Shown here: piece after piece, positions 1-10,199 of the stretch
Layout: each line of letters opens with the position of its first letter
Numbering within the stretch: position 1 is the stretch's first letter
DNA from: Gracilinanus agilis
Taxonomy: Eukaryota
Length of the DNA stretch: 63,871 nt
NCBI RefSeq assembly: GCF_016433145.1
Contig: NC_058132.1
Span: 36,023,604-36,087,474 of the forward strand
Reading direction: 5' to 3'
Notes under the pieces: generated by a model
The model's database searches: none
Told to the model about the DNA's origin: nothing
What the model saw: only the letters and a program-made list of their open reading frames with translations
Program-made: the position numbers and the translations under genes

Positions 1-603
1 ATATGATATATGTAGGTATAGGTCTAGTTAGTTATATCAAGCTAGATAGAAGCAGATTCATTTGAGAACTTGCAGTATATGCTGCTTTCCAGAACTCTCT
101 TGAGGAAGAACAGCTGGGGAAGGAGGAGTGCCTAGTCAGCTCTCCTTCCTTTCCCTTCCTCCCCCTCCCCCCCATACTCTGTGGTCAGAGGAGGACCTTC
201 TGAACTTTGAAGGGCCTGGAGGATGTTGGATTTTTCATTCTCTCAAGGCATCCCTGGATAATCTGATAAAGCTAAGGGCCCTATCTAAAGCAGGCAGCTA
301 ATAAATATTTTGTTCAATAAATAAATGGGTTCCTGGATTATGGGGGTACAGGTGGACCTCAGTTTCTCCCTCTGTAAGAAAGCTAGACTAGATCTCTATG
401 GTCTCTTCCATCTCTAAGTGCTACAATCCAATTAAATTCCAGATAGAAGATGCCCCTAAGGCAATTAGGGAAAAAAAGCCATCTCAGAGCTGGGCCATAT
501 AACCTAAGCCACAGCACTGAGGAAGAAGGCACTGTGAAGAGTGGGGTGGAGGGGCAGCAAAGTATCATGAAAACAATTAGAATAGAAAAGTTTCCAGAGG
601 ATC

Positions 604-762
604 AGTTGCGTGGTTCAGTGGGTAGAGAACCTGGCCTGGAGAAAGGAGGTCCTAGATTAAAATCTTATCTGAAACACTTTCTGGCTGTGTTACCTAAGTC
701 ACTTCATCCAGTTGCCTAGCCCTTACCACTTCTGCCTTGGAATCCATAGATTCTAAGACTGA
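604..762 (+). mobile_element. CORE-SINE (MAR1_Mdo-like), cut by gap
   Basis: tggttcagtgggtagag...ggaggtcctag...aagtcactt...gcccttaccacttctgccttgg. Confidence 0.85.
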
Positions 763-1118
763 NNNNNNNNNNNNNNNNNNNNNNNNNNNNNNNNNNNNNN
801 NNNNNNNNNNNNNNNNNNNNNNNNNNNNNNNNNNNNNNNNNNNNNNNNNNNNNNNNNNNNNNNNNNNNNNNNNNNNNNNNNNNNNNNNNNNNNNNNNNNN
901 NNNNNNNNNNNNNNNNNNNNNNNNNNNNNNNNNNNNNNNNNNNNNNNNNNNNNNNNNNNNNNNNNNNNNNNNNNNNNNNNNNNNNNNNNNNNNNNNNNNN
1001 NNNNNNNNNNNNNNNNNNNNNNNNNNNNNNNNNNNNNNNNNNNNNNNNNNNNNNNNNNNNNNNNNNNNNNNNNNNNNNNNNNNNNNNNNNNNNNNNNNNN
1101 NNNNNNNNNNNNNNNNNN
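763..1118. other. Assembly gap (356 N)
   Basis: N run. Confidence 1.
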
Positions 1119-1899
1119 CCTTTAGTCTTCCGAGAAAATTAAAAGTTTCAGGGTAGATGCTGTTTGGTATTGGCTGAAGGATTTTCCTTGAAAGAGATTC
1201 CCTATATCAATGAAACTGTAAGTCCAGTGTGGAAATATCGAGAAGGCCAAAGAAGGAAAGTAAGTTGCTTGCAGGCAGGCCACTTGACCAATTCTAGAAC
1301 CTTCCTTCTGACTCCCAAGCTAGAATGCCTGCGCTGCATTTATTCATAGTCTCCAACAGAGGACCTTTAACTCTTTTCTCTCTCACCCCCTGAGTGCTTT
1401 CAGGCTTCTGACGTTGTAGGTGCAGAAAGTGAGCAGTCTTGGGAAGGGGAGGAGTGTCTTTTGGTTCCTGGAAGATTTCTCAGAAGTGCTAACACACACA
1501 CAGAGAACTGAAAACAGCTGAGGTTTCCCAGACTGCTGCCCTTGGGCGACTATGGGGGATCTAGATACACCCCGAATGGTCAGGGGGAGAGGGACTAGCT
1601 GTTGCCGGTGGCTTCGGCTCCGAGTTGCTCCCTGTTTGCCATGACGGGGCCCTGAAGGGTTCAGGGGAGGCGAGCATAGTACTGGGAAGTTGGGCAGACT
1701 GGATCTCCAGAATTTCGGAAGTTCCTGGACCTCCCCGTTTCACATCCTTCTCCCCTGCTCCAGCCACAGCACCAGGATCGTGGGTCTTGCTGACACAAGG
1801 TGGGGCAGGTGGCCTCTTGGACTCACCTGGGGTTGGAGTCCCAATCCGGACGTTTCCTCGAATAGCTTCTCCGGGCCTGAGGGCACAGGGCATCCCGGG

Positions 1900-2710
1900 C
1901 TCCCTTCAGCTTTGGTCAGAGGCACCCTGGCCGGAAACCTTCACCAAGCGAGACTTTTGCCATGCCACTGTGCTGTGCTCCGTGGTGGCCCGCTGCGCGC
2001 GGCCTGGGGAGGAGGCGGTGCGCCTTCGGGGCAGCGCTATTGGTGATGTTAGCGCTGCTCTGGCTGGGTGTCGAGGGTCCAGAGCTCATTCGCTTACCCC
2101 CGGGGGCCAGCCGGCCTCCTGGCACAAATACATCCGTGCGCCCGGACGCTGGTCTGCAGCCAGAGCAGCTGGAGGGTGGCGACGACGGAGAGGCCATGAG
2201 AACTCTGTGGTGCTCCCCAACACAGATCCAGGCCCCTCCTCTGCAGCCCTCAGAGCCCCGATTTCGCACCTTCCTCCGCCACCGGCATTGCCGCTATTTC
2301 CCGCTGCTCAGCGACCACCCCGACAAGTGCAGAGGGCGGGTGCGACTGCTACTGGCCATCAAGTCGGCCCCGGAGCAAGAAGAGCGGAGGGCGGCTGTGA
2401 GGCGCACGTGGGGTCAAGAACTGGCCGGCTCGGGCTCGGGCTCGGACGCCGAGGTGGTGCGCACAGTGTTCCTGCTGGGCAGGGGAGCCGCCGAGGAGGG
2501 GCCCGGAGGGGAGGCGCTTCGCCTGCGGCTGGAGCAGGAGGACAGGGCGCACGGGGACTTGCTGCGCTGGGACTTCGCTGACACCTTCTATAATCTCACC
2601 CTCAAAGCCGTCAACTTCCTGCGCTGGTTCCAACATCGCTGCCCCGGGGTGGAGTTCGTGTTCCAGGTAAGCGCAGCGAGAGAGGGATCCCCGCAGCGGC
2701 TGACCAGGGG
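1900..2710. promoter_or_regulatory. CpG island over the 5' part of the B3GNT7-like gene
   Basis: Visibly GC- and CpG-rich relative to the AT-rich, CpG-depleted remainder; boundaries approximate. Confidence 0.7.
1962..2666 (+). CDS. B3GNT7-like coding exon 1 (235 codons)
   Basis: Ends ...GAGTTCGTGTTCCAG|gtaagc (EFVFQ), strong donor; the ATG at 1962 is the most plausible start but an upstream exon cannot be excluded. Confidence 0.9.
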
Positions 2711-3930
2711 CAGGCACAGCAGCCCAGCCCTCTGCCAGGCTGAGAGAGGATCTCCTCTCAGGGGGTGCTGAAGAGGGAGCGGCTTGGATTGGACGGGCAA
2801 AGGCTGGGGAATTGGAGGGAGGGGAGAGCTGCCAGGGGACTAAAGTTTATCAGCCCAGCCCTAGAGCAAGAGGAAATTCGGATAATCTGGTCCGACCTCC
2901 TCGCTTTACGGAAGGAAAAGAGGAAGACTGGACGGTCCTCCCGCAAGTTAGTGGCACAGTCAGGACTAGTTCCCCAGGATGTAAAGGGCTGGAGAGAAAG
3001 GAGTGGAAGATCCAGGAGTGGAGAGGAATCAGGGCTTGGTGAGATTCGTGCCTGAGAGGAATAGGAGGGAATACAGGGCAGGAAACTGAGGGATAACAAT
3101 AAAAACGTACGGTATCCTTTGTGGGAGAATAACAGGGCACAACAGAAAGCGACGGCCCGGTAACTAAGGGGATTATAGTTAGAGAGAGTGCCGGACTTGG
3201 AGTGATAAAGACGAATTCAATCCTGCTTTGTGAAGCTGGGGATGGCCTTTAGCCGCTCTCGACCTCAGTTTCTCATCTGTAAATTGGGTAGAGGGGACTG
3301 CGCAGCGTCTGGCACGTAGTAGATGCTTAGTTGATTGGAAGATTCTAGGGTGCTTTGGCGTGGGGGGGGGGGGCGGGAGGGGAGAAGCAAGTACCAATCT
3401 ATGTTGAGATGAGCTGGGTCTATCCCCAGGGTGACGATGATGTGTTTGTACATCCTGCCAATTTGCTGGAATTCCTACGCTCTCGACAGGATGACCCTGG
3501 GCTGCCCCAGCTCTTTGTGGGGGACGTGATTCTCCGGGCCTGGCCCATTCGCAACCGGCACAGCAAGTATTACATCCCACCCGAACTCTTTAACCAGCCT
3601 TACCCGCCCTACGCTGGAGGCGGAGGCATCCTCATGGCGGCGCCGCTGGTCCGGCGCCTGCTGCCAGTCTCCGAGTATCTGCCCCTGTTCCCCATAGATG
3701 ACGTCTTCCTGGGCATGTGCCTGAAGCGGCTCGGGGTGGTGCCCCAGGCCCACCCAGGCTTCCGGACTTTCGGCATTCACCGGATCCGCACCAATCCCAT
3801 GAATCAGGATCCCTGCTTCTATCGAGAACTGCTCATGGTGCACCAGCTGGAGCCCCCTGCTCTGATCAGCATGTGGGAGGCTGTGCACAGCAAAGAACTG
3901 CACTGTGCCAAAACTGGCAGCTTCCTCTGA
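1962..3930 (+). CDS. GT31 beta-1,3-N-acetylglucosaminyltransferase, B3GNT7-like paralogue; join(1962..2666,3430..3930), 401 aa, type II Golgi membrane protein
   Basis: ATG in gccATG context; signal anchor [14 protein letters not shown]; intact motifs [95 protein letters not shown]; phase-0 GT-AG intron joins two ORFs with no stop or frameshift. Confidence 0.93.
3430..3930 (+). CDS. B3GNT7-like coding exon 2 (166 codons + TGA)
   Basis: ctatccccag|GGTGACGATGATGTGTTT (GDDDVF) through [13 protein letters not shown]. Confidence 0.92.
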   Translation, partial: GDDDVFVHPANLLEFLRSRQDDPGLPQLFVGDVILRAWPIRNRHSKYYIPPELFNQPYPPYAGGGGILMAAPLVRRLLPVSEYLPLFPIDDVFLGMCLKRLGVVPQAHPGFRTFGIHRIRTNPMNQDPCFYRELLMVHQLEPPALISMWEAVHSKELHCAKTGSFL

Positions 3931-4364
3931 CTCTGTTGCCCTTCGAGGGGCGCTGGGGGGGGAGGTGTCTCCCCAACCTATTTTGTCTCTACCTCAGTTC
4001 TTACAGGTAAAGTGGGATAGATAAGCAGTGGAACTACCGGCTTGGCTTGCCAGAGGATCTGGGTTCCGATTTCCCCCTCTCAACTTCTCTGGGCCTGTTT
4101 CCACATTGACAAAAGAAGGGGTTGGACTAGGGTGCCCTGAGGGCCCTTCTAGTTCTTGACCTGGGATAAAAGATCCACTGATGCGGGGCCCCATTCATTC
4201 TCTGCCTAGTTCTAACCCTAGCTCTAAAACCCGGAGGTGAGGAAGGCACTTTGGAAAAAGAGGAGGGGGATGTTAGCAAAGTGACTTTAGCAGGGCTGCT
4301 CTCTGGGGCCTGGGAAAGACCTGGGGCAGGGCTAGCCAGTAGTCTAGACCCTTATATTTGGAAG

Positions 4365-4590
4365 CAGCATTGAGTAGCTGCAGGAACTGAAGGAACACTA
4401 TATTTGGAATCTGAGGCTCTGGTTTCCAGTTCTAGCTTTGCCACAAATCTGCTGTGGGGAAAGTCACTGAGCCTCAGTTTCCTAGCCATTAAATGGGATA
4501 GCAATATTTCCTCTGTCTACCTCATAGGAACTATTGAGAGGATGGAATGAGACAATAAATTGTGAAAAGTGCTTTGTGATCATAGACACA
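4365..4590 (+). mobile_element. MIR-type SINE
   Basis: ctgagcctcagtttcc...aaatgggatagcaata...tgagaggatggaatgaga core. Confidence 0.75.
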
Positions 4591-5307
4591 CAGAATGGAT
4601 TATAGAGGCCCAAAGGGCAATGATTGAGATGGCCAGAATATAAGAAGTCACTGTTGAGAGCCTTTTCTTCTGGCAGACAGAGGAGACAGCTCCTTCGTTG
4701 GCTTGCTTTCTGCACCTCCTGCTCTAACTGGAGGGATGCCCTTTGTCTCTAGGTTGCTGTGGGCAGAGAGAAAGTAGACGGTTTTTCAGCCACAGTAAAG
4801 CGGGTCCAATGGAAGAAAATGCCTAAAGGGCATGTCTGACCAGCGGAAAGAGCCCTTTACCTTAAGGTAGGGCCAGGCTATGTGCCCAGAAGGGAGCAGA
4901 GTTTGAAGTCACCAGTGCAGTTTGGTGGTACTGTCAGGGAATGGGGAAAGATGCCTTTTTGTTTTCAGACAGGACATCAAGGGTTAATTCCTTCCCTCCT
5001 CCTCAGTTGAGTAATTCAAACCCAATTCAGCCAGGATTTCAAACCTAATCTGTAAGACACACAATAAATCAGATTCTGGCCTCTGATCTTATTTGCTTTT
5101 GGAGTCCCCAGTCACCATGGTGGCAGGGCATCTTGTCATTTCAAACACATCCCCTTCTGGGTTAGAAGCAGAGCTCTGCTGGCTGTACCTCAGAGTTAAA
5201 GAGAAAGTCAAAATGCTGAAGAATGGACAGAACTTGCCAAAGCCCTCAGTGTCTAGTCACTGGGCTTTTCCACCTCAGTTTATTGTTTTACATTGTTTTT
5301 GTTGCTC

Positions 5308-5509
5308 TTTTTTTTAAACCCTCACCTTCCATCTTTGAATCAATGCTGTGTATTAGTTCCTTGGCAGAAGAGCAGTACAGGTGAGGCAATGGGGGTGAAG
5401 TGACTTGCCCAGGGTCACACAGCTAGGGAGTGTCTAAGGCTAGATTTGAACCCAGGACCTCCTGGCCTCTGGGTCTGGCTCTCTATCCACTGAGCCACCC
5501 AGCTGCCCT
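5308..5509 (-). mobile_element. CORE-SINE (MAR1_Mdo-like)
   Basis: Poly-T, aaaccct...gacttgcccagggtcacacagctag...tccactgagccacccagctgccc. Confidence 0.9.
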
Positions 5510-5824
5510 TACTCTTTTCAAATCACCCCTATTTCTCAATATAGTCCTTCCTCTTTTGTTTCTATAGAGATATGACCCTTAAAACAAAATACAAACAAGA
5601 AAAAAGAAATAGTTCAACAGAAAGAACTAACACAGCAGCCAAGTCCTACATTATAGACAGTCTTCCACATTCAAAGTGTTTCCAAGGGGCTTTCCAGGGA
5701 ATTGATGTCTCAGTACTTGGGCATAGGCTATATCTCATACACTAACAGACTCAGAGAGGGACCTTAAAGATCATGTGGTTTAATTCTCCTCCTTTTACAA
5801 GAGGCAACTGTGGCTCAGAGGTTA

Positions 5825-6275
5825 AGAGTACTGCACTTGGAATCAGGGAAGACCTGAGTTCAAATCTGACCTCAAACACTAGCTGTATGATCTCAGGCAA
5901 GTCACTTAATTTTTTTACGACTATCTGGCTCAGTGGATAGAGTGCTGAGCCTAGAGTCAGGAAGACCCAAGTTCAAATCTAACCTCAAACACTAGCTGTA
6001 TGATCTCAGGCAAGGCACTTAATTTTTGTATTACTAGCCAACTCAGTTGATAGAGTGCTGGGGCTAGAGTCAGGAAGACCTGAGTTCAAATCTAGCCATA
6101 GATACTTCCTAACTGTATGACCTTGGGCAAGTCACTTAATCTCTGATCACCAGACAAAAAGATCCACTGGAGAAGGAACTGGCGAACTGTTCCAGTATCC
6201 TGGCCAAGAAAACCCCTGGGATAGCTATGATCCTTGGGGTCACAAAAAAAGTTGAACATGAATGAACAACAAAAC
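5825..6275 (+). mobile_element. Three tandem CORE-SINE heads, the last with an RTE-type tail
   Basis: Repeated gagtcaggaagacc.gagttcaaatct...ggcaagtcacttaat; tail ccactggagaaggaa.tggc.aac...ccagtatcctggccaagaaaacccc. Confidence 0.8.
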
Positions 6276-7171
6276 TTCGTTTTACAAATGGGGGAAGTGA
6301 GTCTGGAGGAAAATGAGGTCTAGAGAAGTTACCGTCCTATCTCTGCCTGAGCAGAGTGACTGGAAGGTGAGATGACAGCTGCCACCCTTCCTCAAACCCG
6401 AGTCTTCCTAGTATATCTCTGGCAGTTAGCAGTAGGGGCAGGGAATAGCTTTATGGTCTTGAGACCAAAAGGTCCTGAACATTTTTTTTTTTGCTTCTCA
6501 TCTCTCTGGACCCATTTCCCCATCTGTAAAACAAGGGGGTTGGACCTGATGGTATCTGAGGTCTCTTTCAACTTGAGGCACAGTCCTGTGAGTTCTCCCA
6601 CCTACTATGTGATTACGGTGGAGTCACAACTTCCATGGAACTGAGTTCTCTTCTAAAATAAGGAAGTTGGGTTTGAGGACATCTAAGATCTCTTCCAGCC
6701 CCGGCTCCCATCCAATGAATAACTTCATTGACTCAAGATTAATTCACGTGCTTTGATTTCTCCCAGCGGGATGGAAGAGCCGGATGGTTCATCCCCAGCT
6801 CTTCTGAGAGAGTGGCCTGCCTGCCCCACAGGGCTGCATCTTGGGACTCTCCAAAGGGCTGTGTCCCTGACCTAGGCGGCCCTGGGCGAGGAGCAGATGC
6901 ACATCCTAGAGGAGAGGAGAATTTGCAGTCCCCAGCTCAGCTGTGGTGGCTGTCTTGATGGACTTTGCGAACACCGTTTCCCCTTCAGTTCCCAAATTGG
7001 CACAGAGGCAGAAGAGGTTTCCCAGTGGTCCTCACTACACATGGGCTGACAGCTAAGACTTGCAGCTAGCTGCAAAGGACCCGATAAGCCTCCTTCCTGC
7101 ACAGGTGCTATTTCTGAGCACTCTGAGTCACTCTGGGCCAAGAACCCTGAAGGAAACCTCTTGAATTTATG

Positions 7172-7714
7172 GTCATGCAAGAGGAAGGAAGCCCACAAGA
7201 GGACCTGAGAAAAAGTTTGGTCCGTTTTCTTTCCACTTTGTAATATATATCACCCATGCGGTAAAGTAATATTTGTCTCAGGAAGTTCTTAGGGCCCTTT
7301 TAGGTAGCAGAGAATAAAAGAAGATTCATTTAGCAAATCAATTTAGCAAATAGCAAATTTCTCTTTTCTTATATATTTTTTTACTGCCTAGAACACTTTT
7401 GCAGAGCAAGTAACTCTAATAGCTTTAAAATGAGCCATAAATAGCAGCAGGTAGGTGGCACAGTGGATAGAATGTCAGGCCTAGAGACTGGAGGTCCTGG
7501 GTTCAAATTGGACCTCCATACACTTTCTAGCTGTGATACCTTGGGCAAGTCACTTAACCCCACTTGCCTAGCCCCTGCCCATATACCTTAGAGTTGTTAG
7601 AGAATCAATACTTAGTTATATCACCGCATGGGTGATATAAATTACAAAGCAGAAATTAAACTGATCAAACTTTTTCTCAGGTCCTCTTGTGGGTTTCCTT
7701 CCTCTTGCTATGAC
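7172..7714. repeat. Inverted repeat, arms 7172..7262 and 7623..7714 (about 90% identical)
   Basis: Hand alignment gives about 9 differences over 92 nt. Confidence 0.9.
7443..7615 (+). mobile_element. CORE-SINE in the spacer of the 7.2-7.7 kb inverted repeat
   Basis: ggtggcacagtggatag...ggaggtcctgggttcaaat...ggcaagtcacttaaccc. Confidence 0.85.
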
Positions 7715-7726
7715 ATATATATCAAT

Positions 7727-7886
7727 CAGTGGTTCCCAAACTTTTTTGGCCAATCGCCCCCTTTCCAGAAAAAATATTACTTAGCCCCCTGGAAGTTAAT
7801 TTAAAAAAAAATTTTAATAGCAACTAATAGGAAAGATTGCTGCAGCACCCACCAGGGGGCGGTGGCGCCCACTTTGGGAATCACTG
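7727..7886 (+). mobile_element. hAT/Charlie-type MITE, internally deleted copy
   Basis: TIRs cagtggttcccaaa / tttgggaatcactg; near-identical to 32634..32826; degenerate AT-rich 8-bp flanks. Confidence 0.85.
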
Positions 7887-9740
7887 ATATATATTATAAG
7901 GATTAGAAATAAGTTAGCCATAAATTGGAATTTTAAAAAGCCATTTTAGAATTAGTTCAAATGGTTTGTAATTTTTATAGTTTCAATTTTCTTATGAGAC
8001 TAAGTTATGTGAGTAGCAGGACACGATTAAATTTGAAATTCATTATCTAACAGCATTTGCCCTGCCCATTATATATTTGTGTGTAGGGTTTTTGTCGGCT
8101 AGGCCTGCCTCTACCAAGGCATCCTGATATGTCTTCTGTAAAACAACGAGGGAGGTCTGGAAACCTCCGAGTCAGAGCAGTTGGGTTGACGGCAAACTCT
8201 GGAACCAACTGCCGATGCCGGTGTACAGCTGTACGCAGGGAAGTGTTGGTTAGGCAGACGCAGCTGGTCACAACGTTGGTCTCCCAAGCATGGCAGGGGA
8301 TGGCCCTTGGGAAAACAATGTCTGCTTCCAGAAAGGGTAGACGAGAGCACCTAAAAATAAGGTTTGCAATGGTGGATCCACAACCACCTTCAGCCACAAA
8401 ACTGGACATTTCTGTGAATGATTCATTCTGGATGCTAAGAGACCAAGTGACTCAGTTAAGTCCTCGCACATCTCTTTTGAGAACGTTGAAATACTCCTGG
8501 GATCTAAGAGTTGGAAAAGACCTTCGTCGTTCAATCCTGCTCGACTCTACGTGGGGTTTTCTTGGCAAAGATACTGGGGTGGGCAGCTCATTTTACAGAT
8601 GAAGAAACTGAGGCAAATAAGGTAAAGGGACTTGTTCAGGGTCACACAGCTGGTAAGTGTCTGAGGCCAGATCTTCCCGACTCACTCCACTGAGCCACCT
8701 AGCAAGAACTTGACCCAGAATTTCCCACCCAATGAAAAATATTCATCTTTTACAAGAAACCTTTCCTAAACTCCCTCAGTGCTGGGCCCTTCCTGCTACT
8801 GATTATCTCAGTTTCTTCTGTCTCTAGCTTGTTTGTTTGCAGATGTTTGCATGTCGTCTCCCCCAAAAGACTGTGAGCCCCTCCACGGCAGGGATTATGC
8901 TTTTGTCTTTCTCTAGTGCTTCTCCTAGTGCTTAGCACGCTGCCTCAACACATGGGAGGTGTCCGAGAAATGCTCATGGACTTGACAGTATCCCAACAGT
9001 CCACTCCATTCTAGATCGCTCCATTGGTTAGCCGATTTTGCCTTTGAAAAAACCTAAATTTGGATCTTTGCAGCTTCCACTCAGGATGGGCCATTCTGCT
9101 CTCTGAAGCCAAGGAGAATAAAGCCAAAGAAACCTTTACTACCTAGAGACGGCAGTTATTCCCAGACTAAGTTTTCCCTTCCACACATCCACAAATGTAC
9201 GTAAATATAACTATGTTAGACCCAAGAATGTAATTCTATTATATAAACATTTATATATTAATATTGTATAATACGATATTAATTCCACAATCTAATTTAT
9301 ATTGTCCTTATAGAACACTTACATATAAATACTACATAACTATCATATGCACATACATATTTATTCTTATCCTATCAGAAGAGAAGCTTCTTGAGGAGTC
9401 AGGGAGCTGTTTCTTATTCTAGATTTGAATCGCCAGCACAGCATTGGTCCTCAGTTTTTCTCACCCACAATATCCAATTTGTGGTCTAGGCCTGACACTA
9501 TTACCTTTGTGACATCTTTCCCAAATGATCCCTCTGACACCATTTTGCCATCTTCCCCTTTTAATGCAGGTCCTCATCCCCTCTATGCTGGACTATTGCA
9601 ATAGACGGCTGGTTGGTCCATCTGCCACAAATCTCTTCTCCTTCCAGGTTATCTATCATTTAACTGTCAAAATAATATTCCTAAAGCTTCTTGTCTCTCA
9701 CTCATTCAACTACCTCCTATGGCTCCCTATCCTCTTAACA

Positions 9741-9947
9741 TTTTTTTTTAATTTTTTAGGACCCTTACTTTCCATTTTAGAATCTTAGTATTGGTTCTAA
9801 GGCAGAAGATCAGTAAGGGCTAGGCAATGGGGGTTAAATGACTTGCCCAGGGTCACATAGCTAGGAAGTGTCTGAGACCAGATTTGAACTCAGGACCTCC
9901 CATCTCTGGACCTGACTCTCAATCCACTGAGCCACCCACTTGCCCCC
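9741..9947 (-). mobile_element. CORE-SINE (MAR1_Mdo-like)
   Basis: Full-length reverse copy with poly-T. Confidence 0.9.
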
Positions 9948-9995
9948 TCCCCTTAAAATTAAATATAAAATCCTCAGTTAAAAGTCCTTCAGAGA

Positions 9996-10193
9996 GGGCA
10001 GCTAGGAGGCTCAGTGACTAGAGAGTCAGGCCTGAAGATGAGAGGTCCTGGGTTCAAATCTGGTCTCAGACACTTCCCAGCTGTATGACCCTGGGCAAGT
10101 CACTTGACCCTCATTGCCTGGCCCTTACCACTCTTCTGCTTTAGACCCAATACACAGTATTGATTCTAAGATGGAAGGTGAGGGTTAAAAAAA
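9996..10193 (+). mobile_element. CORE-SINE (MAR1_Mdo-like)
   Basis: Full-length forward copy, head-to-head with the previous one. Confidence 0.9.
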
Positions 10194-10199
10194 TCCTTC

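Noticed and set aside
1641-1655. Short uORF gccATGACGGGGCCCTGA (MTGP)
   Set aside because: The transcription start is unknown, so it may not be in the mRNA
1625-2581. 318-aa + ORF and several antisense ORFs overlapping the glycosyltransferase
   Set aside because: Alternative frames of a GC-rich CpG island with no recognisable domain; the GT31 frame explains the region
2667-2771. Continuation of ORF 1962..2771 (VSAAREGSP...)
   Set aside because: Intron read-through past a strong CAG|gtaagc donor; homology resumes at 3430
4753-4866. Exon-like + segment (ctttgtctctag ... AAG|gtaggg)
   Set aside because: Stops in all three frames, no partner splice site identified; such signals arise by chance
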